NCBI GenBank assembly: GCA_039819425.1
Contig: JBCBSA010000001.1
Location: 1 to 41,640, forward strand
Reading direction: 5' to 3'
Source of the DNA: Planctomycetota bacterium
GTDB taxonomy: Bacteria > Planctomycetota > Phycisphaerae > Phycisphaerales > Phycisphaeraceae
Length of the DNA stretch: 41,640 bases
Positions 9,879-19,216 of the stretch are shown here, one piece after another. A program made the position numbers and the translations under genes. The first letter of the stretch is position 1. The number at the start of each line of letters is the position of its first letter. Below the pieces are notes generated by a model that saw nothing but the letters and a program-made list of their open reading frames with translations, searched no databases and had not been told where the DNA came from.

Positions 9879-11531
9879 TCACTTCACTTTTTCCCGCAGG
9901 TAATACTCGCCGGGCGTCAGCTCCTCGTCGATGCTGCGGAAGGGGACGCCGATGAGGCGATCGCCGGCTTCGTGGTCTTTGATGACGTTGACCGGGCGGT
10001 CGATGGCGAGGTTCGGGTTCGTCGGGTCGGCGACGATGAGGCGGACCTGGAGGCGGGACTTGTCGCTGAAATACCAGGTGCCGTTGGAGTAGGTCCACTT
10101 GGCCTGGCGTTTCCAGGCTTCGGCGGGGATGCGGACGGCGAGGATGTCGGCGTCGGGCTGCTGGACGGCCCAGCCGGACTTGGCGACGGCGATCGCGGCG
10201 TCGCGGTCGGGGCCGGCGAAGTTGTCGGCCGGCAACTCGTTCTCGCGGATGATGAGTTCGCGCAGCGAGTCGGCCCGCTGCTCGAGGCTGGCTTGCATCG
10301 CGGTGACTTCTTGTTGGACCGCCGCGCCGTTTTCCGGGTCGATCGCCAGCAGCAGCGTGAGCTTGTCCTGGGCCCAACCCATGCGCTGGGGGATGCCGCC
10401 GTTGAACCACGCGGGCTTCTGGTTCTGCACGGCCTCGGTGGCGTACTTGTCGGCCTCGACGAGGTCTTCGCGGATGGACCCCGGCAGGCTTTGGCGTTGC
10501 GCTTCGATCTTGGCGTCGAACTCGCGCAGGCTGCGGATGGTGCCGTTGCCCACGGCCTCGATGGTTTGGCCCATGTCGGTCTGCTGCTGCATCAGGCGCC
10601 GGTACGCCCCGGCGATACGGACGACTTCCTGCTGAGCGGCCTGGCGTTGTTGGTACAACTCCGCGGCCCGGGCGCGGTCGTCGGTGAAGACCCAGTCCTG
10701 GCGGTAGTCGCTGGAGAGGCCTTCGAGGCGTTTGCGGTCGGCGTTGAACTCGGGGTACTTGGCCGGGTCGATCATCGCCATGAGCCGGGCGTGGAGCGGG
10801 GCGAAGTATTGTTCGCTGCCGTCGAGCGATTCGAGCGCGGCGGCGAGTTGTTCTTTGGCGGCGGCGACGCCTTGGCCGTTGGCGGGGAGTTTGGCGAGGC
10901 CGTCTTGGACGAAGCCGGCCTGCCGGCGGGCCTCGGCGAGGGTGGCCACGGCCTGGGCGGTGGCGCGGTGGTTGATCGTGAGCTGGTCTTCGACCGGCCG
11001 CAGCTCGGCGTGGAGCTGGGTGAGCTGGTTCGCCGGGGCTTCGACTTTGTTGCGGAAGGTGAACTGGACGTTCTTGAAGTTGTCGGCGTGGGGGTAGCCG
11101 AGTCTGACCTCACCCTCTCGCGCTCCGTCGCCCCCGGAACCGGCTTGAGCACTTCCGGGGGAGCCGTTCATGAAGGCGGCAAATTGTTGGTAGAGGTTCG
11201 CGGCGGCGTTGTAGCGTTCGGTGGCTTCGGCGACGCCGGCTTCCCCGGCGGGCAGGCCGGCGACGAGTTGGCCGGCGGGTTCGAGGTCGCCGAGGACTTG
11301 CTCGAGGTTGCGTGCGATGAGTTTGCCGGCCGAGCCCTTGGGCGGCGACGTACGGCCGGCGAGCCGCTGCTGGACCGACTGGAGGTTGGCCTCGGCGCGG
11401 CGGAGCAGGCCCTCGATCTTGGCGAGGTCCGCGGCGGTGTCGGCCAACGACACCGTCGGGCAGATCAGCAATAGGCCCATCCACAGCGGCACGCAGCCAC
11501 GGAGAGTCAGACGAGACGCGACAGCAGTCAT
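9879..11531 (-). CDS. Secreted, largely alpha-helical hypothetical protein
   Basis: Long ORF with host-like codon bias, signal peptide ending VSLA, Ala/Gln/Glu-rich helical body; AGGGGT RBS favours ATG 11531 (alternative 11546). Confidence 0.75.
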   Translation of the reverse strand: MTAVASRLTLRGCVPLWMGLLLICPTVSLADTAADLAKIEGLLRRAEANLQSVQQRLAGRTSPPKGSAGKLIARNLEQVLGDLEPAGQLVAGLPAGEAGVAEATERYNAAANLYQQFAAFMNGSPGSAQAGSGGDGAREGEVRLGYPHADNFKNVQFTFRNKVEAPANQLTQLHAELRPVEDQLTINHRATAQAVATLAEARRQAGFVQDGLAKLPANGQGVAAAKEQLAAALESLDGSEQYFAPLHARLMAMIDPAKYPEFNADRKRLEGLSSDYRQDWVFTDDRARAAELYQQRQAAQQEVVRIAGAYRRLMQQQTDMGQTIEAVGNGTIRSLREFDAKIEAQRQSLPGSIREDLVEADKYATEAVQNQKPAWFNGGIPQRMGWAQDKLTLLLAIDPENGAAVQQEVTAMQASLEQRADSLRELIIRENELPADNFAGPDRDAAIAVAKSGWAVQQPDADILAVRIPAEAWKRQAKWTYSNGTWYFSDKSRLQVRLIVADPTNPNLAIDRPVNVIKDHEAGDRLIGVPFRSIDEELTPGEYYLREKVK

Positions 11532-11700
11532 GGTTTTACCCCTCATTCAGGACTTGATTGAAACACGAATTCGTTGACGCCTACATGATAACGCGAGTCG
11601 CTTGAATCTTGGCCACAGCGCGTCGGGCTTCGGGGATTCTCCGGTCTCGACGCTTCCCCGCGCCGGACCGTTGTGACATAGAAGCCGCGAGGCGATGCGG

Positions 11701-11706
11701 TAAAAT
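11701..11706 (+). promoter_or_regulatory. Putative -10 box (TAAAAT), leaderless polysaccharide lyase gene
   Basis: TAAAAT-ttgttg-ATG(11713). Confidence 0.55.
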
Positions 11707-11712
11707 TTGTTG

Positions 11713-12609
11713 ATGAGTGTTTTCTGTTCTTTTTTGCGGACGCGTTTCGTGATGGGGGTTGTGGCCGCGCTGTTACCGACCGAGGTTTATGCCGGTCAGC
11801 CCGAGTCGGCGCTGTTCCGCAACGACTTCGAGCACCGCGATCCGGGTGGCTACGGGGCGGAGATGCTCGCGGCGGATTGGGGTGATCCTCCCTGGTCCAA
11901 TGGTATTGGAGAGGGACGGACGTCGATCGTGCGGACCGAAGACGGCGGTAAGGCGTTAGAGGTGTTTTACCCGAAGGGTGGGGTCGGTCCGGGCGGAGAG
12001 ACCGGCGGCGGTGCTCAATGGAAGATGCCCTTGGACCGCTCTTACGACGAGCTGTACCTGCAGTATCGGTTGTGGTTCGCTCCGGGGTTCGACTTCGCCT
12101 GGGGGGGCAAGCTGCCCGGACTTGCCGGCGGGCAGGCGAACACGGGCGGGAACAAGCCCGACGGCACTGACGGCTGGTCGGCCCGCATCATGTGGAACAG
12201 CGACGGCATCGGCGGCACGGTCCGGGACCGGCGGCACGCCCAGCTGAGCCAATACGTGTATCACGCCGGTCAGCCGGGCCGATACGCCGAGAGCTTGAGG
12301 TACGACGACCTGCCCACGGGGCGTTGGCCGGTGATCGAGTCCGGCCGCTGGTACACCGTCACCACCCGGGTACGGATGAACACGCCCGGCGAGGCCGACG
12401 GCGTCGTGCAGAGTTGGCTCGACGACGAACTGGTGCTGGATGCGCGGGCGCTGCGGTTCCGTGCGGTGCCGGACTTCGCGATCGACCAATTGCTGTTCAG
12501 CACGTTCTTCGGCGGCGCGACGCCGGAGTGGGCGCCGACGCGCGACGAGCGGGTGCGGTTCGACGATTTTCTGATCGGCACGACGCGTCCGCCGCTGCCG
12601 TCTCGGTAG
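11713..12609 (+). CDS. Secreted polysaccharide lyase, PL14-like
   Basis: VFYPKG, FDFAWGGKLPGLAGG, DGWSARIMW, NTPG..DG, LFSTFFGG motifs of PL14; signal peptide. Confidence 0.85.
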   Translation: MSVFCSFLRTRFVMGVVAALLPTEVYAGQPESALFRNDFEHRDPGGYGAEMLAADWGDPPWSNGIGEGRTSIVRTEDGGKALEVFYPKGGVGPGGETGGGAQWKMPLDRSYDELYLQYRLWFAPGFDFAWGGKLPGLAGGQANTGGNKPDGTDGWSARIMWNSDGIGGTVRDRRHAQLSQYVYHAGQPGRYAESLRYDDLPTGRWPVIESGRWYTVTTRVRMNTPGEADGVVQSWLDDELVLDARALRFRAVPDFAIDQLLFSTFFGGATPEWAPTRDERVRFDDFLIGTTRPPLPSR

Positions 12610-12620
12610 CCGGGCGGTCT

Positions 12621-14300
12621 TTACCCGCCGGCGATGGAGCGGGCGAGGGCGAGGTAGTCCCTGGCGCCGTTGGAGTCGGGGGCGTAGGCGTGGACGGACT
12701 GGCCGAAGGACGGGGCCTCGGCGAGCTTGATGTTGCGGCGGATGGGGGGGGTGAAGACGCGGCCGTCGGCCCAGGGCTGGTCGGTGCCGCGCGCTTCGCT
12801 GAAGAAGTTTTCGAGTTCGTTGATGACTTCGTTGGCCAAGAGGGTGTTGCCCTCGTGCATGCACAGGACAACGCCGGCGACGGTGAGCTCGGGGTTGATG
12901 CCCTGGCGGACCATGCCGATGGTCTCGAAGAGCTTGGTCATGCCCTGGAGCGCGAGGAAGTGGGCCTGCATCGGGACGACGATCTCGGAGGCGAGGGTCA
13001 GGGCGTTGATGGTGAGCAGGCCGAGGCTGGGCGGGCAGTCGAGGAGGACGTAGTCGAACTGCTGGATGAGGTCGCGGGTCTTGTTGCGGAGCAGGGTCTG
13101 GGCGAGGCCGGTGGCGACCTGCTCGGCGAGCTCGGACTCGACGCCGGCGAGGTTGGTCTCGGCGGGGAGGACGGCGAGGCGGCGGTCGTCGCGGGCCGTG
13201 TAGCGGACGACCTGCATGGCGGTGGTGTCGGGGTCGGTGAACAGGTCGTAGTTGGACTTGTCGATCTGGTCGGGCTCGATGCCCAGCGAGAGGGTGAGGT
13301 GGGCCTGGGGGTCGAGGTCGATGCAGAGGACCGAGAGGCCGGCGTTGGCCAGCGCGGCGCCGACGTTGACGGCGGTGGTGGTCTTGCCGACGCCGCCTTT
13401 TTGGTTCATGAGGGCGAGGACGCGGGGGGAGGCGGGCTTGGGGATGATGGAGTTTGGGTTGGGAGTTTTTGATTGATCCAGAGCGGGAGCGGGATCGGGC
13501 TGTGGGGAGGCCGGGGATGGTTGTTCGTGTTCCGCGAGAGCAAGGAGGGCGTCGGCGACCCGGTCACCGGCGTTGAGCAGAGCAGGGCCGTCGAGGTGGA
13601 GGTGGTCGTAATGGGTCAGGTCGTCGACGTCGACCCAAGCGGCGCGGGGGTCGGCGTCGGCAAGAGCGACGAGGCACTCGCGGATGGGCTGAGTTTGGGC
13701 ACTCTCTTGGTGGTGGGGATGGACGCGGACGAGGGCTTTGTCGAAATCCTGTCCGTCGTTGAGCTCGTCGCGGATGCGCTGGATCAGGATGCGGTACAGC
13801 TCGGCGTAGCGATCGGGGCCGGGGCCGTCGTGGTCGGCGTCGGTCTCACCCTGATACCAGACGAAGCCGACGAGGCGGGGGTCGTGGCCGGCTTCGAGGA
13901 GCTGTTCGATGGCGTCGGCGGCGTGGGTGAGCAGCTGGTTGGTGTGGGTCTCGGGGTCGTCGGTCTCGTCGGGGCGGTAGTCCTTGGCTAAGCCCAGGCC
14001 GCCACGCTCGGCTTTGATGAAGGCGATCGCTCGACCCGGTTGGCGGCCGGCCAGCGTGTGGCCCAGCGACAGCTCCAGCCCGAAGCCATCGGCGTGTTCG
14101 GCGCTTCCGGGGGCGAGGGGGGTCCAGCGGTAGGCGTGGGCCCGGGTGGAGCGTTCGTCGCCGGGCGGCTGGAGCGGGGCGAAGTAGATCTGGGCCGAGG
14201 CGTGGGGCCCGCGGAGGGGTTCGGGGAGTTCTTCGGCCCGGCCGTGGCCGGTCATGTTGGACTGGCCGGCGAGGAGGTAGACGTCGACGGGTTCGGGCAT
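12621..14300 (-). CDS. Fusion: SASA/DUF303 SGNH acetylesterase domain + ParA/Soj ATPase
   Basis: N-half LAGQSNMTG, WYQGETD, DHLH; Pro-rich linker; C-half NQKGGVGKTTT, IDLDPQA, LDCPPSLG, IRRNIKLAEAPS; start ATG 14300 (alternative 14312 overlaps a TACAAT box). Confidence 0.85.
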   Translation of the reverse strand: MPEPVDVYLLAGQSNMTGHGRAEELPEPLRGPHASAQIYFAPLQPPGDERSTRAHAYRWTPLAPGSAEHADGFGLELSLGHTLAGRQPGRAIAFIKAERGGLGLAKDYRPDETDDPETHTNQLLTHAADAIEQLLEAGHDPRLVGFVWYQGETDADHDGPGPDRYAELYRILIQRIRDELNDGQDFDKALVRVHPHHQESAQTQPIRECLVALADADPRAAWVDVDDLTHYDHLHLDGPALLNAGDRVADALLALAEHEQPSPASPQPDPAPALDQSKTPNPNSIIPKPASPRVLALMNQKGGVGKTTTAVNVGAALANAGLSVLCIDLDPQAHLTLSLGIEPDQIDKSNYDLFTDPDTTAMQVVRYTARDDRRLAVLPAETNLAGVESELAEQVATGLAQTLLRNKTRDLIQQFDYVLLDCPPSLGLLTINALTLASEIVVPMQAHFLALQGMTKLFETIGMVRQGINPELTVAGVVLCMHEGNTLLANEVINELENFFSEARGTDQPWADGRVFTPPIRRNIKLAEAPSFGQSVHAYAPDSNGARDYLALARSIAGG

Positions 14301-14568
14301 CGTGGGCGGCATTGTAAAAGTTTGGGGCCGCGGCGTGGCCGGCGCTGGACCGCGGATGACGGTTGACGTCGAGGCCTGCCCGGTTCATTGACCCGGGGCT
14401 GAATGAAATACCACCCGACCGCAACGCCCCGCCTAAACCACGCCCTAAGTTTGCGTCGGAAACCGAGACGCCCGGAATAAACTTGGCTTGCGGCGGATTT
14501 GAACCCGGTTGCGGCCCGTTGTTCGCCCGGGTCGCTGAGGTTGGGGGGATGGCCCGAGGACGTCCGAC

Positions 14569-16008
14569 ATGATGCGTGAGATGTGGCGGCGGTTCCGTCG
14601 GCCCGTGCGGCCCGAGACCGAGCGTGACCTGGCCGACGCCTGGGCCCGGCTGGACCCCGAGTTCCGGGTGCCGTGGCAGACGATCGGGCAGATGGAAGAG
14701 GCCTGCGGCGCAACGATCGGCGCGATGCCGGTGTGCGACTTCGGCTGCAAGGGCTGTTACCTCGGGGGCAACGCCAACGCGACGCCGCCCCTGCCCCTGG
14801 ACGCGGTTAAAGAACAGATGCGCGTGTTGCGGCAGCGCCTCGGCGTGTGGGGCAACCTGCAACTGACCGACGGCGAGGTGACGCTCCGGCCCGAAGCCGA
14901 GCTGATCGAGCTGCTGCGTTACGCCCGCCAGATCGAGCTGATCCCGATGGTGATGACCCACGGCGAGACGTTCCGGCGTCGCCCCGGTTTACTCGAACGG
15001 CTGATGGCCGAGGGCGGGCTGGTGGAGATGTCGGTCCACGTCGACGTGTTGCAGCGCGGCCGCGATGCCGACTACGCCCGGGCCAAGACCGAGGCCGAGC
15101 TGATGCCGCTGCGGGCGGAGTTCGCCGAGATGTTCCGCGCGGCGCGGCGGCGGACGGGGCTGCCGCTGCGGGTGGCGTCGACGTGCACGGTGACGCCGGA
15201 GAACCTACACGAAGTGCCGATGCTGGTGCGGTGGTACCGGGAGCACGCCGACGCGTTCCGGCTGATCTCGTTCCAGCCAGCGGCGCAGGTCGGCCGGAGC
15301 CGGCCCGGCCTGGGCGGACACGTCACCGCCGACGACGTCTGGGAGCACGCCGCCCAGGGCATCCTCGGCGACGACTCGACGCCCGAACAACGCCGGGCGT
15401 GGGTCGATCAGCAGTGGTGGTTCGGCCACCCCGACTGCAGCCGCGTGCTGACCGGGCTGGTCGGCGTCCAGCCGGACGCCCCGCCCCAATACGAACCGGT
15501 CTGCCCGCGCAGCGAAGCGCCCTACGCCGACGCGCTGCACCGCTTCATGAAGCACTGGGGCGGCGTGTCGTTCCGCAGCGGCAGCCGGCTCGAACGCACC
15601 GCGCAGCTCGCCGGCATGTTCCGCCAGGACCCCGGCTTCTTCTTCCGCGCGCTGCCCCGTCTCGCCGTCCACCTGATGCGTAAGCTGGACCCGGACCGCC
15701 CGCTGCGGCTGGCCGCTCGGCTGGCGACCGGCCGCGCGACGCTGCACCCGATGACGATCGTGACGCACCAGTTCATGAGCCGGGCCGAGATCGAGACGCC
15801 GCGCGGCCAAGAGCGTATCCGCAACTGCATCTTCACCGTGCCGATCGACGGCGAGCTGGTCGCCATGTGCGAGGTCAACGCCCTGGGCATCCGCGACCGG
15901 GTCTACGACCGCATCGCCGGCCGCGACCCTCAGCCCCACGAGCCGCTGGTCGATCTCACCATCGACCGCGGCGCCACGGCCGACGACCTGGTGTTGCAAG
16001 ATGCCTGA
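14569..16008 (+). CDS. Radical SAM enzyme with MJ0619/Tes (GDGT-MAS)-like C-terminal motifs
   Basis: CDFGCKGCY (CxxxCxxC), LQLTDGEVT, ISFQPAAQVGR, HPDC, HQFM, RNCIF..DG..AMCEVN; RBS GAGGA. Confidence 0.85.
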   Translation: MMREMWRRFRRPVRPETERDLADAWARLDPEFRVPWQTIGQMEEACGATIGAMPVCDFGCKGCYLGGNANATPPLPLDAVKEQMRVLRQRLGVWGNLQLTDGEVTLRPEAELIELLRYARQIELIPMVMTHGETFRRRPGLLERLMAEGGLVEMSVHVDVLQRGRDADYARAKTEAELMPLRAEFAEMFRAARRRTGLPLRVASTCTVTPENLHEVPMLVRWYREHADAFRLISFQPAAQVGRSRPGLGGHVTADDVWEHAAQGILGDDSTPEQRRAWVDQQWWFGHPDCSRVLTGLVGVQPDAPPQYEPVCPRSEAPYADALHRFMKHWGGVSFRSGSRLERTAQLAGMFRQDPGFFFRALPRLAVHLMRKLDPDRPLRLAARLATGRATLHPMTIVTHQFMSRAEIETPRGQERIRNCIFTVPIDGELVAMCEVNALGIRDRVYDRIAGRDPQPHEPLVDLTIDRGATADDLVLQDA

Positions 16009-16798
16009 GCCCGCCCGGACGAGCGCGAAGCGGCCGCGTCTGAGCGTGGTGATCCCCACGTTCGACGAGGCGGCGCGGCTGCCCGCGACGCTGGACCGTC
16101 TGCGGCGGTGTGCCGGGGACACGGCTTATGAGGTAATCGTGGCCGACGGCGGCAGCACCGACGCGACCGCCGCGCTCGCCCGCGCCGGCGGCGCAGCTTT
16201 GGTCCGATCGCCCCGTGGGCGCGGGCCGCAGATGAACGCCGGGGCCGCGGCGGCAGCCGGCGACACGCTGCTGTTTCTCCACGCCGACACGCGGCCCCCG
16301 GAAGATTTCGTGACGCAGATCGCCGCCGTGCTCACCCGGCCCGGCACCGCGGCGGGCGCGTTCCGGCTGCGGATCGACGGCACGTCGTGGCGTTACCGGC
16401 TGATCGAGTGGGCGGTCCAGCAACGCAGCCGGTGGCGCGGCCTGCCCTACGGCGACCAGGGGCTGTTCGTGTCCGCCGCGACGTTCCGCCGTGTCGGCGG
16501 CTTCCCCGATTGGCCGCTGCTCGAAGACGTGGACCTCGTGCGCCGGCTGGGCCGCGTCGGCCGGGTCCGGCTGGCCGACGCGAGCGTGGCCACGTCCGAC
16601 CGCGGCTGGGCGGGGCGGGGGCCGTGGCGGACTACGGCGGTGAACCAGTGCTGCCTGCTGGCCTACCGGTGCGGCGTGAGCCCGCGGGCGATCGCGCGGT
16701 GGCGGCGGTGGTGTTTGGGCGTCTCGCCCCACACGGCCTCGGCCCACGCCGTGTCCCACACCGGCTTGCCGTGTCCCGCTCATCCACCGCCGGCCTGA
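16001..16798 (+). CDS. GT2 glycosyltransferase, TIGR04283-like (rSAM/selenodomain-associated)
   Basis: SVVIPTFDE, VADGGSTD, GRGPQMNAGA, LFLHAD, PYGDQGLF, GGFP..LLED; start overlaps the 3' end of the radical SAM gene. Confidence 0.88.
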   Translation: MPEPARTSAKRPRLSVVIPTFDEAARLPATLDRLRRCAGDTAYEVIVADGGSTDATAALARAGGAALVRSPRGRGPQMNAGAAAAAGDTLLFLHADTRPPEDFVTQIAAVLTRPGTAAGAFRLRIDGTSWRYRLIEWAVQQRSRWRGLPYGDQGLFVSAATFRRVGGFPDWPLLEDVDLVRRLGRVGRVRLADASVATSDRGWAGRGPWRTTAVNQCCLLAYRCGVSPRAIARWRRWCLGVSPHTASAHAVSHTGLPCPAHPPPA

Positions 16799-17901
16799 TC
16801 TTCCCCGGCCGTTCCGCCCGTCCGCCCCGCCACGGCCCCGATGATGTCGGGCTCGTTCTTCGAGAACGTCAGCGTGCGGTACGGGTACGGGATCTCGATG
16901 CCCGCGTCGTCCAGCGCCCGCTTGATCGCCTCGATCACCTCGTCCCGGCTCCGCCGGGCATCGATCGGCCGACTCTCGGCCCACCAGATCACGTCGAAGT
17001 CGATCGACGACGCCCCGAACCCCGACGCCAACACCTCGGGCTTCACCGTCCGCTGCACGCTCTCGCACGAATTCACCGCGTCGAGGATGACCCGCCGGCC
17101 CTCGGCGATGCTCTCGCCGTAGGCGATCCCCACCGCGAGCTCCTGCCGGACGTGCGGCCGGTTGGTCTGCACGGTGACCTTGTTCTTGAAGATCAGCGAG
17201 TTGGGCACGAGCACGAGCTCGCCGTTGGTCTTGCGGATGTGGGTCATGCGGATCTCGACGTCCTCGACCCGGCCCGTGAGGCCGTCGACCTCGATGAAGT
17301 CGCCGTTCTCGAAGGGGAACCGCCAGAGGATGAGGATCCCCGCGAAGAAGTTCTCGAAGATGTCCTGGAACGCGAAGCCCAGCGCGATCGACGTCAGCCC
17401 CGCGACCGCGACGAGCTGCCCGAACTCGAAGCTGGGGAACACGATCAGCGCCGCGACGAGGATGCCGGCGAACCAGATCCCGGTGCGGATGAAGATCCGG
17501 AACAGATCGCGCAGGCTCTCGCGCAGCTTGGCCCGGGCCATCAGCTTCCGGGCCATCAGGTCGACGAGCTTCACGAGGAACGCCGTGGCGATCAGGACCA
17601 AGATCGCGATCACCAGCTGCGGCAGGATCGAGATGAACCCGTCGACCATCCCGCCCACGGCGTCGGTCAGCGTGTTGACCGCCCCGTCGACCGACTCGTT
17701 GCCGGTCTCGGGCACGAGGTCTTCGAGCGCTTCGCCGACCGCGCCCTTGGCCTCGGGCTCTTCGGGCTCGGGCCCGCCGGTGACCACGTCGATGCCCGGG
17801 ACCTCTTGGGGATTGATCTCGATCGTCGGTGGGCCGGCGGACGCGGCGTCGGCGGCCGTCGGGGCGGCATCGGCTTGGGCGAGCAGGCTCGGGACGGGCA
17901 T
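16780..17901 (-). CDS. mscS: Small-conductance mechanosensitive channel
   Basis: TM helices, ALGFAFQDIFENFFAG, PFENGDFIEV, VLVPNS, FGASSIDF, GIEIPYP. Confidence 0.92.
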   Translation of the reverse strand: MPVPSLLAQADAAPTAADAASAGPPTIEINPQEVPGIDVVTGGPEPEEPEAKGAVGEALEDLVPETGNESVDGAVNTLTDAVGGMVDGFISILPQLVIAILVLIATAFLVKLVDLMARKLMARAKLRESLRDLFRIFIRTGIWFAGILVAALIVFPSFEFGQLVAVAGLTSIALGFAFQDIFENFFAGILILWRFPFENGDFIEVDGLTGRVEDVEIRMTHIRKTNGELVLVPNSLIFKNKVTVQTNRPHVRQELAVGIAYGESIAEGRRVILDAVNSCESVQRTVKPEVLASGFGASSIDFDVIWWAESRPIDARRSRDEVIEAIKRALDDAGIEIPYPYRTLTFSKNEPDIIGAVAGRTGGTAGEDQAGGG

Positions 17902-17907
17902 GAACCC

Positions 17908-17913
17908 ACTATA
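17908..17913 (-). promoter_or_regulatory. Putative -10 box (TATAGT), leaderless mscS
   Basis: TATAGT-gggttc-ATG(17901). Confidence 0.6.
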
Positions 17914-18004
17914 AGCCGACGGGTCGGGACGGCCCGCGGCCCGCCGCCCCGGTTCATCTGGCGTTCACGCCGTGGGGCGGCGAGGACGGCGGGGCCGGGG
18001 CGGG

Positions 18005-19156
18005 TTATTCGTCGGCCGGGTTGCCGTAGCCGCCGCCGTACCCATCGGTGAAGCCGGATGCCCCTCCGCGCGGTGCGCCCGGGCGTCGGGCCGTTGACCC
18101 TCTGCCCGTTGAGGCGGCCGCCCCGCTTTCCCGGATCAAGGAACCGGGTCTCAACCCGAACCCGTCGGCCTGCCCGATGGCCTTGCGTCGCTCGCGCTCG
18201 TCCGCGGCCCGCTCGGCCAAGCGGCGTTCCAACTGCTGGAGTACCTTGACCAGTGTGTCGTGCCGATCGGGCGTCTGCCGGACGACCAACACGCCGGCGA
18301 AGATGCCGATCGATTCGCCCTCCCGCCACGCGATTTCCCCCAGCGCGCTGCCGACAAAATCGAGCAGCATGGCGGTCTGTTGGGGAAGCGGCGCGTCCCC
18401 GCCGTACAGCAGGCTGGCGTTCTCCAGCAGGCCGTCGATGGCGTACATCCGAACCTCCAACTCGGGGGCGGTGCGTGTGACGAACGTCCCGGCCAACGCG
18501 ACGATCAGCACGTTGTCGCGTATCGCGTAGTCCACCGCCTGGCCGCTGCGGGCAAGCAGGTCCAACGCCGTCCGGGCCCGCACGTCCTGCAGGTCCAGCG
18601 TGATCGGCCGATCGGGCGCAAGCCCGTTCGCTTCGAGCTGCCCCCAATCCACGTAAACGTTGAGGCCCAGCACGTCTCCGAGATGGGCGAACACCTCCTC
18701 GATCGGCGTGTCTTCGAACCGGACGCTGATGATTTTTTCCAGCGGGTCAACCGGCGGGACGAACTCCGCGGGATCCTGCCCCGCGCCCTCGGCCTGGGCG
18801 GCCGCCCGCGGCAGCGTGGGTTGACCCGACGGCGTGGTCGCGGGCATCAGGTAGAAAAAGCCCAGGGCGACGACGGAAGCGGCGGCGAGGGTGGCGAACG
18901 AAGTCTGCATGAGGCGTCTCCTGCGTAAGCGGTGTCGGGGTTCGGTCAGGTCGTGGGCCAGGACGTTGGCGTCGCCGAACTCGTCGAGGGCGGCGAGGAC
19001 CGCGGCGTCGCGGTCCATGCCGGCGTCGGTCAGCTCGGCCAGCCGTTCTTCGAGGTGATCGCGCAGCTCGCCGGCGATGCGGGCGCGTTGTTCGTCAGAC
19101 AGCTTGAGCGTCCGGGCGAGTAGGTTGAGGTAGGCCTCGAATTCACGTTCGGACAT
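18005..19156 (-). CDS. Membrane protein: HAAS/permease-prefix domain, one TM helix, periplasmic secretin-N/STN-like domain
   Basis: YL..L..I.GELRDHLEE..G...AA..AL.EFGD (HAAS-like); TM FATLAAASVVALGFFYL; ISVRFEDTPIEEV..NVYVDW..PITL.L..YAIRDNVLIV..VRMYAI.LL resembles planctomycete secretin N-domains; no beta-barrel. Confidence 0.75.
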   Translation of the reverse strand: MSEREFEAYLNLLARTLKLSDEQRARIAGELRDHLEERLAELTDAGMDRDAAVLAALDEFGDANVLAHDLTEPRHRLRRRRLMQTSFATLAAASVVALGFFYLMPATTPSGQPTLPRAAAQAEGAGQDPAEFVPPVDPLEKIISVRFEDTPIEEVFAHLGDVLGLNVYVDWGQLEANGLAPDRPITLDLQDVRARTALDLLARSGQAVDYAIRDNVLIVALAGTFVTRTAPELEVRMYAIDGLLENASLLYGGDAPLPQQTAMLLDFVGSALGEIAWREGESIGIFAGVLVVRQTPDRHDTLVKVLQQLERRLAERAADERERRKAIGQADGFGLRPGSLIRESGAAASTGRGSTARRPGAPRGGASGFTDGYGGGYGNPADE

Positions 19157-19178
19157 GGCGGATTCCGGTCGGTGATGA

Positions 19179-19208
19179 AAAGCCGAGGTGTAGCTATCCC
19201 TCGGCTTT
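19179..19208. repeat. REP-like hairpin between padR and its downstream gene
   Basis: AAAGCCGAGG-tgtagctatc-CCTCGGCTTT, perfect 10-bp stem. Confidence 0.6.
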
Positions 19209-19216
19209 GGGGTGGG

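Noticed and set aside
14380-14520. Hairpins and GACGCAAAC in the parA-fusion/radical SAM intergenic region
   Set aside because: Only short stems and no complete riboswitch consensus; treated as a divergent promoter region
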